From positions 504,076 through 536,075 of the forward strand of contig JASXSU010000003.1 in NCBI GenBank assembly GCA_030674875.1: DNA of 32,000 nucleotides. Direction: 5' to 3'. Source of the DNA: Candidatus Endonucleibacter sp. (ex Gigantidas childressi). GTDB taxonomy: Bacteria > Pseudomonadota > Gammaproteobacteria > Pseudomonadales > Endozoicomonadaceae. Every line of letters starts with the position of its first letter. The first letter of the stretch is position 1. Of this stretch, positions 12,227-20,997 are shown piece after piece. Made by a program: the position numbers and the translations under genes. The notes beneath the pieces were generated by a model that made no database searches, was not told the origin of the DNA, and was given only the letters and a program-made list of their open reading frames with translations.

Positions 12227-12711
12227 GCGTTCAACCTTCTAATGCCCAGTGGGTTGTTTGGATTTCTTTGTTGGTTGCAGCAATTCTGAGTATTGTAACT
12301 TTACCTATATGGCTTTCAGTGGCAAGGCCTTTATGGGTGCCGATGGTGGTTGTGTATTGGGTGTTGGTAATGCCTAATCGATTCGGCTTGATCTTTGCAT
12401 TTTCTGTCGGTATTTTGCTTGATGTTCTCTTGGGTTTTTTGTTGGGAGTAAATGCTATTTGTTTGATGCTGCTAGCGTTTGTGACTTTGACTTTACATAG
12501 GCGCTTACGTATGTTTCCAATGTGGCAGCAAACGTTTGTTGTTTTTGTTTTGATCAATTGTCATCAGCTCCTGTATATTTGGGCCAAAAGCATTATGGGT
12601 TTATCGGAGCCCTCTCTTTGGTATCTGTTTCCATCAGTAAGTAGTGCGGTATTGTGGCCTTTGGTATTTGCTAGTTTAACCTTTATCAGGTCTTATTTTA
12701 AAGTCTCATAA
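12223..12711 (+). CDS. mreD: Rod shape-determining protein MreD
   Basis: 162-aa multi-TM protein after mreC with 4-nt overlap; FGLIFAFSVGILLDVLLGFLLGVNA. Confidence 0.93.
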   Translation: MSVQPSNAQWVVWISLLVAAILSIVTLPIWLSVARPLWVPMVVVYWVLVMPNRFGLIFAFSVGILLDVLLGFLLGVNAICLMLLAFVTLTLHRRLRMFPMWQQTFVVFVLINCHQLLYIWAKSIMGLSEPSLWYLFPSVSSAVLWPLVFASLTFIRSYFKVS

Positions 12712-13054
12712 AAATGCCGTAGAAAACTTTAAGAACAAGTTTGATTATGAGAAGCCAGATACAGGCATCGCCTTCTGAATTATCTACAATCAGTTTTATA
12801 CCGTTACCTTTAAGTCTATCTACTGATATCAAAACCTCGGCAGCCTTACGGCATAAGCGAATATCTACATAAAAATCTCTATTTAGACTCTTAGATGCAT
12901 AGAGAATGCTCTATTTAGGGTGAGTATCAATAACTAATAGAGGCTTGACCAATACACAGAGCTGCCAGACAGTGATACGCACCTTGTGAGTGGGCTCGCA
13001 CTAATGAACAAATGAAGATATGATGTATGTACAAATGTAAATATAGGTATGAAC

Positions 13055-13363
13055 ATGCCCTTTGAGTGGGATGAGGCAAAAAAGTCCATAAACATCCAAA
13101 AGCACGGCATCGACTTTGCCGACGTGAAAGATATGTTTAATCCCTATGCTTACAACATTGGATAACCGTGAAGGCTACCAAGAAGAGTATGACGGATATC
13201 GTCGGATCAGTATCGGCTTGCGGTGGGGATTGTGGTTTCTACCGAACGAGAGGGCGATACCATACGTATTATCTCAGCCCGAAAAGAGACTACATACCTA
13301 AATAATTTGGATTTGCTACAGGGCGGTAAATGGGAGAGGTTATGGAAGCTTAGTAGTACTTAG
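13055..13363 (+). pseudogene. Frameshifted BrnT-like type II toxin remnant
   Basis: Frame 1 MPFEWDEAKKSINIQKHGIDFADVKDMFNPYAYNIG*; offset frame from 13161 DNREGYQEEYDGYRRISIGLR; back to the original frame from 13223 VGIVVSTEREGDTIRIISARKETTYLN. Order and motifs match BrnT (FEWDexK..N..KHGI.F, RIISARK). Confidence 0.75.
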
Positions 13364-13415
13364 GAGCTGTGGTGAGTGAACGCTGACAATAAAGTAGCAA
13401 CTTCAAAGGCTACTA

Positions 13416-13536
13416 GTATATGCCAGTTACAATTGTAGGTTCTGGTAAACGACAAGCAAGCGAAGCTTAGCGAGCCTAAGGGTAGTTGGTGATTGGTGCT
13501 CTAGTGAGAGCCGTCAACAACCTCACACCGAGTATA
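13416..13536 (-). repeat. Dispersed TIR repeat family, reverse copy immediately upstream of maf
   Basis: Reverse complement reads tatactcggtgtgaggttgttgacggctctcactagagcaccaatcaccaactacccttaggctcgctaagcttcgcttgcttgtcgtttacc...gtaactggcatata. Confidence 0.75.
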
Positions 13537-13560
13537 ATTATTTTAGATATGTGTAATGAT

Positions 13561-14166
13561 ATGATTTATCTTGCCTCTCAATCCCCTCGTCGTAAACTTT
13601 TACTTGAACAAATCAAAGTGTTGTTTAAAAAGCTACCCAGTGAAATTGATGAAATACCATTCAATAAGGAGTTGCCCAAGGATTATGTGCTGAGGATGGC
13701 AATTGAAAAGGCAAAGAGTGGTTGGGCGAAAGTAGAGAAAGAAAATCTTCCTGTATATCCTGTACTGGCAGCTGATACTTCTGTGGTGGCAAATAACGAA
13801 ATATTAGGCAAACCTGCTGATCGAGATCATGCCTTTGATATGCTGACAAAGCTTAGAGGGCGTAGCCATCAGGTAATGACAGCAGTAGCCCTTACAAATG
13901 GTAAAAAGTATGAGACGTCATTATCTATTACTTTTGTAAAAATGGCACAGGTGTCAGATGAGAAAATTAAATCTTATATCGCTACTGGAGAGTCCATGGA
14001 CAAAGCAGGTGGTTACGCTATTCAAGGTATGGGAGCCATTTTGATTGAACGGATTGAGGGAAGTTATAGTGGTGCAGTTGGCTTGCCATTATATAGCACA
14101 GCAAAGTTATTAGAAGAGTTTGGCATTTCTGTTTGGCAAAGAAATAGCTCTGAATTAATACAATAA
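13561..14166 (+). CDS. maf: Maf/YhdE-like nucleotide pyrophosphatase
   Basis: Track ORF starts 13486, but the family start is MIYLASQSPRRKLLLEQI at 13561; VLAADTSV, YAIQGMGAILIERIEGSYSGAVGLPL. Confidence 0.93.
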   Translation: MIYLASQSPRRKLLLEQIKVLFKKLPSEIDEIPFNKELPKDYVLRMAIEKAKSGWAKVEKENLPVYPVLAADTSVVANNEILGKPADRDHAFDMLTKLRGRSHQVMTAVALTNGKKYETSLSITFVKMAQVSDEKIKSYIATGESMDKAGGYAIQGMGAILIERIEGSYSGAVGLPLYSTAKLLEEFGISVWQRNSSELIQ

Positions 14167-14170
14167 TAAT

Positions 14171-14235
14171 CTATAGCCGTTACTATTGAAGGTGAGAGCA
14201 GTTAACTTATCCCCACTAGTGGTAATGGGTATATA
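14171..14235. repeat. Dispersed TIR repeat family, short internally deleted copy downstream of maf
   Basis: ctatagccgttactattgaaggtgagagcagttaac...ccactagtggtaatgggtatata; both TIR ends with most of the core missing. Confidence 0.6.
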
Positions 14236-14426
14236 TTCACAGGGTACCTGTAAATCTACTGAAAATCATAAAAATAACAAGCACTGAAATAGCGATGGGT
14301 GCAGCATTTGGTAATCATCATACCGCAAACTAGATTCCGAGAAGTTGGCTTAGTTTGTGAAGCACTATCAAATATTGACGTGACATTTCTTTAATTTTCA
14401 TGTTGGCTTTGGCTTACATTTATATT

Positions 14427-14591
14427 TGAAACCGCCATAAGCACCAAAACAACCATTGAAAATAAAAAAGCACTCTGATAACCGTTACTATAGTCGTTAC
14501 CATTAAAGGCATGAGTAGCCCCCATGAACCTAATACCCTATGAGCAACAGCAAGTGTTAAGGTGCGCAAGATAAGCCCACAACCCAGCACT
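14427..14591 (-). repeat. Left arm of a 165-bp inverted repeat containing a repeat-family copy
   Basis: Reverse complement of 15727..15891 with 4 mismatches by eye. Confidence 0.9.
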
Positions 14592-14637
14592 TACAAGGTA
14601 AATTGGTATATTAACAGTTTTTCACCATCGCCTTGTT

Positions 14638-15006
14638 TTAATACTCAATCTCATGAAAACTATCGATCTTTTTCAAAATACTTTTACCATCAATGATATT
14701 AGGTACTATTGGTATTAATGAAGCAATACCACTGAGCTCTATTAATGACATTATGCCTGTGGTTATATTGCAAAAAATCATCATTTTAAATAAAGGAACT
14801 TTTTGCTTAGCTTTGATAAAAACCTGAAGACCAGCGATAGTCGTACTTTGTAGTTGAGAGCCATCAATCAATAGGTGCTTGTTGTAATTACTTACAATGA
14901 ACTCTAGGTACCTATCAACCACTCCAGCATTGCTAGCGTCAATAGCGCCAATTATGTCCAGCAATATATAGTTATTATGTTCTTCCAAGTTAATTGTGAG
15001 TGCCAT
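14638..15006 (-). CDS. STAS-domain protein (anti-sigma factor antagonist-like)
   Basis: 122 aa; ALTINLEEHNNYILLDIIGAIDASNAGVVDRYLEFIVSNYNKHLLIDGSQLQSTTIAGLQVFIKAKQK resembles STAS architecture. Confidence 0.6.
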   Translation of the reverse strand: MALTINLEEHNNYILLDIIGAIDASNAGVVDRYLEFIVSNYNKHLLIDGSQLQSTTIAGLQVFIKAKQKVPLFKMMIFCNITTGIMSLIELSGIASLIPIVPNIIDGKSILKKIDSFHEIEY

Positions 15007-15127
15007 TAGAAACTCCTATCATATAATTCCAAGTTCAGAAAAACTTCCTGTGATTCGTTGTTATAATAAAGATCTTATGACAATATGCGTAGAAATAGCA
15101 TAACTGATAGGTTAGTAATGCTAACTA

Positions 15128-15195
15128 TGGAGGTAGGTAGGCGGCCAGAGAGTAAAGCCTCATGAGGCTACGAGTAGTAGGTGGTTAATATGGAA
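15128..15195 (-). repeat. Dispersed repeat family, core fragment, reverse
   Basis: Reverse complement ccatattaaccacctactactcgtagcctcatgaggctttactctctggccgcctacctacc matches the repeat core. Confidence 0.7.
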
Positions 15196-15305
15196 GTAAT
15201 TTGCTTGTCGGATATTATCGTATTCAATGATAGCTGGTATATACAGATTACCCTTGGCTGCCAATTACCAAGGCATCCGCCCTGCTCTAGGTTATCCATC
15301 CACCA

Positions 15306-15506
15306 GTGATTATTCAACACCATGCTTCTGTTGGCTTCAACTACCAAGCGACCGAAAGCTCAATTTTCAAGTTGGGTTGGTCTCACGGATTCGAAAATTC
15401 TATTGAAGGTCCAATGATTGGCTTTGGTGGACCACAGGCGGGGACTAAAGTAAAAAGTGAAATGTCAACTGATTCACTTCTACTGGGTTACAAATACACA
15501 CTCTAA
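15306..15506 (+). pseudogene. C-terminal remnant of a FadL/OmpP1-like outer-membrane transporter
   Basis: IIQHHASVGFNYQATESSIFKLGWSHGFENSIEG...DSLLLGYKYTL: alternating beta-barrel strands with a terminal strand and no N-terminal portion. Confidence 0.5.
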
Positions 15507-15524
15507 ACCAAGTTTTTGATTTCT

Positions 15525-15558
15525 AAAAGGCGACTCATTAATGAGTCGCCTTTTTTTT
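15525..15558 (+). terminator. Rho-independent terminator after the FadL-like remnant
   Basis: Perfect palindrome aaaaggcgactcattaatgagtcgcctttt ending in a run of 8 T. Confidence 0.85.
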
Positions 15559-15726
15559 GCCTTAGCCTTTTAAAATGATAAAAAAGTGGAATCGATGACT
15601 GGATGGGTTGTTTTTCGATTACGGCTGGGCTGGGCGAAGAGTTGGCTAACGCCAACTTAAAGAGTAAGTGGATGATTACAGTGCCCTACTTGATAAAAGT
15701 TTATCCGATCGCTTTGCCGAAGCATT

Positions 15727-15891
15727 TGCTGAGTTGTGGGCTTATCTTGCGCACCTTAACACTTGCTGTTATTCATAGGGCATTAGGTTCATGGGGGCTA
15801 CTCATGCCTTTAATGGTAACGACTATAGTAACGGTTATCAGAGTGCTTTTTTATTTTCAATGGTTGTTTTGGTGCTTATGGCGGTTTCAAA
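15727..15891 (+). repeat. Right arm of the 165-bp inverted repeat containing a repeat-family copy
   Basis: tgctgagttgtgggcttatcttgcgcaccttaacacttgctgttattcatagggcattaggttcatgggggctactcatgcctttaatggtaacgactatag...gcggtttcaaa. Confidence 0.9.
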
Positions 15892-15923
15892 CAATTCTAT
15901 TATTGTCGTTTTTCTTAAGTTTT

Positions 15924-17621
15924 TTATTTGGAAATCTTGGAGATTAGCAGGGTAATTTCCGGCAGTTTCAGGGTTTTTAGAATGGTCTTTGCAAAAGATT
16001 CTGAGCTGTTGATAGTCTTTGCCAAAGTTTCTACCGACGAATCTTGTAACATGTTGAAGCTAGAGTAATGTTGAACAAGAAGAGCAGTGCGCTCACGACC
16101 AATGCCGGGAAGGCTGATAGCTCGTATACGTTGTTGAAATGGTAACTGACTAGCGATTGCTAGTGCTGTTTGTAACTGTTTTGTTTTTAGTAGAGTCAAT
16201 CCTGCTTTGTGTAAGTCATCATTGCTGAGCTCAAATAGATCCGCAAGTGAATTTATTTTTCTCATGTTTATTAGTTTTGTGAGGATGGGTTTGTGTAGGT
16301 GTGGTAAATTTAGGCCATTCTTGCCTGTGAGCCAGAGCAGTCTGGCTAAAAATTGTTCTTCACATTTATGGTTTGGGGTGAAGCAGCTAAAGCTGTTATA
16401 AAAATCAGTATCTGGAAGTGATGGTGTGGGGTGACCAGTGCCGTGGGTAAGGATACGATTAAATACTGGGGTTGCTTGCCCTTGAAGCTGAATCATAATG
16501 TGATCGCCAATGGCGATTCCTTTTTTGTGGAGGGTGTTAATACTGCCCAAAGAAACTGATGATATAGACTGATTACGTATATGGACTTTTTCGATCTTAA
16601 GAACAGGAGTCACTCTACCTAGTCGACCAATCGAAAAGGTAATATCTACTACTTTGCTTACTGCAGTCTGTGCTGGAAATTTCCAAGCCAGTGCCCAGCG
16701 CATAGTAGCTTTAGTTTCTCCCCATTCTTTTCTAATACCGATATCGTCTAATTTGATGACGATTCCGTCTAACAAGAATGGAAGGGTTTTTGATGGATCT
16801 AGATAGTGCTTTCTGAGTCTTTCAATATCTTTGAAGGAGCTAACTTTGTGGGTATATGATTTAGCCCATGCGAATCCCGCTGTTGCTAGGGCTGAGATGC
16901 TTTGTTGGTCTGAAAGATACGGCGTATTAACCCAGCGCCATGGGAAAAAGTCAAGTATGGCCATGGCATGTTTGTCTGTTTCTCCACGATTAATATGACC
17001 AGAAACAAAGTGACGAGCTGAACCATAACCTCTGATTTCGCTATCCATTTGATCGATCCTTGCAAATAGTTCTCCGTGAAGTATTACTTGCTCCTTAATT
17101 GGTATTTCCTTGGGAATTGCAGGTATCATGTATACTTGCTGGATGATGCTCAGGCCACGTCTGCCATCTCCTCTGGTTGAGCTGGATTGAAGTTTCCCAT
17201 TGTTATAAACCAGTTCTATGGCAATGCCATCAATTTTTGGCTGTAGTAAAATTATTTTATTATTTGCTTTGGTCAAAAAATCTTTTATTTTTTCTTCTTT
17301 AGTTACCTTATCTAGGCTGCCCATATTGGCGTGATGCTGTTCGATTTTCCCTTTTAGGTGCTGGTGAAATGAAATGTCTGATTTGTGTAGAGGAAAGCAT
17401 TGCTGCAAATCTATCAGATATGCTTTTAGCTGATCGTACTCTGTGTCAGAAATCTGTGCCCTGTGCTGATTGAAGTATAGGTCATCGTGGTGTCTGATTT
17501 CTGATTCTAGTTCTGTGAGTTTCTTTTTTGCGTCAGTGTCTTGCTGTTCTGGGCATTGAATTCCCATGGCTATTGTGGGCAGTAACCATAAAAATAATAC
17601 TCTTATTATGTATCTATTCAT
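15924..17621 (-). CDS. ligB: NAD-dependent DNA ligase, LigB-type
   Basis: 565 aa; signal-like N-terminus then CPEQQ..; adenylation motif LQPKIDGIAIEL; DGIVIKLDD; HhH region ISLPGIGRERTALL; lacks a BRCT domain. Confidence 0.9.
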   Translation of the reverse strand: MNRYIIRVLFLWLLPTIAMGIQCPEQQDTDAKKKLTELESEIRHHDDLYFNQHRAQISDTEYDQLKAYLIDLQQCFPLHKSDISFHQHLKGKIEQHHANMGSLDKVTKEEKIKDFLTKANNKIILLQPKIDGIAIELVYNNGKLQSSSTRGDGRRGLSIIQQVYMIPAIPKEIPIKEQVILHGELFARIDQMDSEIRGYGSARHFVSGHINRGETDKHAMAILDFFPWRWVNTPYLSDQQSISALATAGFAWAKSYTHKVSSFKDIERLRKHYLDPSKTLPFLLDGIVIKLDDIGIRKEWGETKATMRWALAWKFPAQTAVSKVVDITFSIGRLGRVTPVLKIEKVHIRNQSISSVSLGSINTLHKKGIAIGDHIMIQLQGQATPVFNRILTHGTGHPTPSLPDTDFYNSFSCFTPNHKCEEQFLARLLWLTGKNGLNLPHLHKPILTKLINMRKINSLADLFELSNDDLHKAGLTLLKTKQLQTALAIASQLPFQQRIRAISLPGIGRERTALLVQHYSSFNMLQDSSVETLAKTINSSESFAKTILKTLKLPEITLLISKISK

Positions 17622-17776
17622 TCCGGTAGTTGCTTTGTTTATACTAGTTATGCCGAATTTATATACTAAGTGCTACACCCAATTTAATAAAAACGATGAA
17701 CTGAGATACCCTTAGTTTTTTGCTCCAATCACGAAGTAAAAACCTATGAAGTATCAACAGCTCACCGAGGGTGATG

Positions 17777-17886
17777 GATACTTAGTATCGAAGGTGTCGG
17801 TAGGCGACAATCGCCTATAAGTGCAAGTGATTGGGGTGAGTGAGAGCAGCCAACAACCCCATACACCTTCAATGGTGATGGGTATA
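17777..17886 (-). repeat. Dispersed TIR repeat family, reverse copy with an altered core
   Basis: atcgaaggtgtcggtaggcgacaatcgcctataagtgcaagtgattggggtgagtgagagcagccaacaaccccatacaccttcaatggtgatgggtata. Confidence 0.85.
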
Positions 17887-17926
17887 GTTAGTGCTATCTT
17901 GTCATAATGCTTTTATTTTAATGATC

Positions 17927-19453
17927 CTACGGAACTGTTGCAGTAGTCTTTTCCGATAATGGCAAATCATACATAGTTCTTACTGATTCGTCGGCATCCA
18001 CGGATTCAAGCTTGACATCGAAATTCCAGAGTTTGTGAATATGCTTGATGATTTCCTGAGTGTTTTCAGATTCCAGCGGACGCTTCTGATGCATATAGTG
18101 CCTTAGCGTAAGAGATCTATCTCCTCGAATGTTAACATTGTAGATCTGTATATTAGGTTCTCTGTTGCCAAGATTATACTGAGCAGACATGGACTCTCTT
18201 AGTGCGCGGTAGCCGATTTCGTTATGAATGGCATTGACTTCAAGGTAAGGGTTTCCTTCGTCGTCATTAATACAGAACAGACGCATATCGCGCATTACCT
18301 TGGGGGATAGGTATTGCAGAATGAAGCTCTCATCCTTGAAGTTTCTCATAGCAAAGTGCACGGTTTCTAGCCAATCACTGCCAGCTATGTCTGGGAACCA
18401 TTGTTTATCTTCCTTCGTTGGGTTTTCACACATTCTTCGAATATCTTGAAACATGTTAAAACCAAGGGTGTAGGGGTTAATGCCACTATAGCGTTGGTCG
18501 TCAAAGTCTGGCTGAAAGACAACACTGGAGTGAGAGTGAAGAAACTCCATAATAAATCCCTCTGTAACCAGACCTTCGTTATAAAGTTCGTTGCACAGAT
18601 GGTAATGCCAGAAGGAGGCCCAGCCTTCATTCATGACCTGAGTTTGACGTTGAGGGTAAAAATACTGCGCAACCTTGCGAACAATTCTAATAAGTTCACG
18701 TTGCCACGTTTCCAATAAAGGAGCGTTCTTCTCCAGAAAATAAAGGATATTTTCTTCAGGATGTGCAGGAAATTTCTTTGTTTGCGATTCTTTTTCCTGC
18801 TGCTTGATGGGTATCGTACGCCATAAGTCGTTGAGGTTTTTCTGGATATACTCTTCCCTTTCTTTGACTCTTGTCTTCTCTTCTTCTGCGGAAATAGGGC
18901 GAGGGCGCTGATAACGGTTGACACCTTGATTCATCAAGGCATGGCAGGCGTCCAGGAGCTCTTCAACAGCGTCAATACCATGTTTTTCTTCACACTCGGA
19001 GATATAATGTTTGGCAAATAGCAGGTAGTCAATAATTGAGTCGGCATCAGTCCATGCCTTAAATAGGTAGTTACCTTTGAAAAATGAGTTATGACCGTAA
19101 CAGGCATGGGCAATAACCAGCGCCTGCATAGGCATGGTGTTTTCTTCCATGAGATAGGCTATACAAGGATTTGAGTTAATGACAATTTCATATGCCAATC
19201 CCATGCGACCACGCTGATAACTTTGCTGGTTTTGCAAAAATTGTTTTCCATAACTCCAGTGATTATACATCAGCGGCATGCCCACTGATGCATAAGCATC
19301 CAGCATTTGCTCTGAGCTGATAACCTCTATTTGGTTAGGGTAGGTGTCCAGTTTAAAGCGTTTTGCTAGACGTGAAATTTCCTTGTCGTAATCTTTGATT
19401 AGATCAAATGTCCACTCAGAATCTGTTGATATAGGTTTACGCTTTGTAGGCAT
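17927..19453 (-). CDS. ycgB: SpoVR family protein, YcgB-like
   Basis: NHWSYGKQFLQNQQSYQRGRMGLAYEIVINSNPCIAYLMEENTMPMQALVIAHACYGHNSFF; likely start MPTKRKP at 19453 with AGGAGG upstream (track ORF starts 19531). Confidence 0.93.
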   Translation of the reverse strand: MPTKRKPISTDSEWTFDLIKDYDKEISRLAKRFKLDTYPNQIEVISSEQMLDAYASVGMPLMYNHWSYGKQFLQNQQSYQRGRMGLAYEIVINSNPCIAYLMEENTMPMQALVIAHACYGHNSFFKGNYLFKAWTDADSIIDYLLFAKHYISECEEKHGIDAVEELLDACHALMNQGVNRYQRPRPISAEEEKTRVKEREEYIQKNLNDLWRTIPIKQQEKESQTKKFPAHPEENILYFLEKNAPLLETWQRELIRIVRKVAQYFYPQRQTQVMNEGWASFWHYHLCNELYNEGLVTEGFIMEFLHSHSSVVFQPDFDDQRYSGINPYTLGFNMFQDIRRMCENPTKEDKQWFPDIAGSDWLETVHFAMRNFKDESFILQYLSPKVMRDMRLFCINDDEGNPYLEVNAIHNEIGYRALRESMSAQYNLGNREPNIQIYNVNIRGDRSLTLRHYMHQKRPLESENTQEIIKHIHKLWNFDVKLESVDADESVRTMYDLPLSEKTTATVP

Positions 19454-20756
19454 TCTGAGCCTCCTTTTTCTCGAATAAACGACGGAATACGGGATAAATA
19501 TCGCTATTATTTCTGATTTTCTGCATGGCAAAATGACCTGGGTTTTCCTTTTCTATTGCCTTGTATTCATGCCATAGATTCTGGTGTTGCCGGTCAGTAA
19601 TTTCCACATATGAGTAATATTGAGTCGATGGTAGAATCTTATTGATAATGATGTCTCGGCATGCACTAGAGTCTGATTCCCAGTTATCTCCATCTGATGC
19701 CTGTGCGACGTAGATATTCCACTCGCTTGCAGGATAACGTTTTTTAATAACCTTATCGGTTAACTCCAGAGCAGTAGAAACAATTGTTCCTCCAGTTTCG
19801 CGAGCGTAGAAAAAATCATGTTCGTTACATTCACGCGCTTCACTATGGTGCCTGATGAATACGACCTCTACGGCCTCATAGTTGCGTTCTAGGAAGAGAT
19901 AAAGTATCAGAAAAAAACGTTTAGCAGTGTCTTTTATTTCGCGAGTCATGGAGCCTGAAACATCCATTACACAAAACATCACCGCATGATCTGAAGACTG
20001 AGGAACCCGAATCAGGTTGTTGTACTTAAGGTCAAACTCATCAAGAAATGGCAGCTTTCTGAGCTTGGCATTTAATGTTTTGATTTCCACGCGTATAGCC
20101 TTTTCGCGATGCTGATTGAGTTCGCTATGGCCAACTTCCATTTCTCTGAGCTCACGTTTTAGCGCCCGAACTTTCTTTCTTTCTTTGCCAGAAATAGCTA
20201 TTCTACGGGCGTGCGATGCTCGCAGAGAGCGTACGACATTCAGTCGATCAGGTGAGCCTGCGGAGGTAAAGCCAGCGCGTTGTAGTTTAAATTCAGTATT
20301 GCTTTTGAGTTCTTTGCTGACTAAGTTTGGCAGCTCTAGGTCATTAAACAAATATTCAAGAAACTCATCCCGATTAATTTGAAAAACAAACTCATCAGCG
20401 CTAGAGTCACCGTCGCTGCCGTTGTCGCCATTTTGGCTATCACCACCGAGCGGTCTTTGAATTCTATCACCGGGCATGAACTCTTTATTGCCGGGATAAA
20501 TGCGGTCGTGCTTTCCTCCCTCGGCATAATGGAAAAAAGGCTCAGAAAGGTTTTTTTTGGGTATATGGACGCTACTTCCGTTGTCAATATCTGTAATTGA
20601 ACGGTCGTTAACAGCTTCCTGTACAGCCTCTTTAACATGGCTGTGATAACGCCTCAAAAAGCGCTGTCTATTGACAGAGCTTTTGTTCTTTGAGTTGAGG
20701 CGCCGATCAATAACTAAACTCATAGGACGCTCTCTCCTGAAGCTGCGTCTTTGCAA
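19437..20756 (-). CDS. yeaH: UPF0229/DUF444 protein, YeaH-like
   Basis: 439 aa; MSLVIDRRLNSKNKSSVNRQRFLRRYHSHVKEAV, VMFCVMDVSGSM; first residues in the track (MQRRSFRRERP) are probably upstream of the true start. Confidence 0.93.
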   Translation of the reverse strand: MQRRSFRRERPMSLVIDRRLNSKNKSSVNRQRFLRRYHSHVKEAVQEAVNDRSITDIDNGSSVHIPKKNLSEPFFHYAEGGKHDRIYPGNKEFMPGDRIQRPLGGDSQNGDNGSDGDSSADEFVFQINRDEFLEYLFNDLELPNLVSKELKSNTEFKLQRAGFTSAGSPDRLNVVRSLRASHARRIAISGKERKKVRALKRELREMEVGHSELNQHREKAIRVEIKTLNAKLRKLPFLDEFDLKYNNLIRVPQSSDHAVMFCVMDVSGSMTREIKDTAKRFFLILYLFLERNYEAVEVVFIRHHSEARECNEHDFFYARETGGTIVSTALELTDKVIKKRYPASEWNIYVAQASDGDNWESDSSACRDIIINKILPSTQYYSYVEITDRQHQNLWHEYKAIEKENPGHFAMQKIRNNSDIYPVFRRLFEKKEAQNAYKA

Positions 20757-20837
20757 TGGATGGCTGTTAGTACTGGTAAAATTTGCTTCTGTCTTTGTTG
20801 ACCCGAAATGCTCAGATATATCAAGACGAACCTACTT

Positions 20838-20966
20838 ATGCTCATCACCCTTGAAGGTGTGTGGGGTTATTGGTTGCTCTCACTCGCCCCAGTCACTTAC
20901 TACTCTAGGATGATGGGGCTTCTCTGGTTTGTCGCCTATTCACACTTTTTTTTGGTGCGAGTATAT
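20838..20966 (+). repeat. Dispersed TIR repeat family copy between yeaG and yeaH
   Basis: cacccttgaaggtgtgtggggttattggttgctctcactcgccccagtcacttactactctaggatgatggggcttctctggtttgtcgcctattcacac. Confidence 0.8.
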
Positions 20967-20997
20967 TAGTCAAGCCGATGGCTCATGGGTTCCTTTG

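Noticed and set aside
12712-13020. Possible further transposase fragment on the minus strand (around RLCRKAAEVLISVDRLKG)
   Set aside because: Only a short stretch is open with stops around it; similarity too weak to call without a search.
14638-15506. Possible novel defence or signalling cassette between inverted repeats
   Set aside because: Only a single STAS protein and a beta-barrel scrap are present; no effector, nuclease or NTPase. The inverted arms are noted, but a system claim is not supported.
15924-17621. Signal-peptide-like N-terminus on a DNA ligase as a novelty
   Set aside because: LigB-type ligases commonly carry such an N-terminus and lack the LigA BRCT region; the adenylation motif KIDG is intact, so nothing new is claimed.
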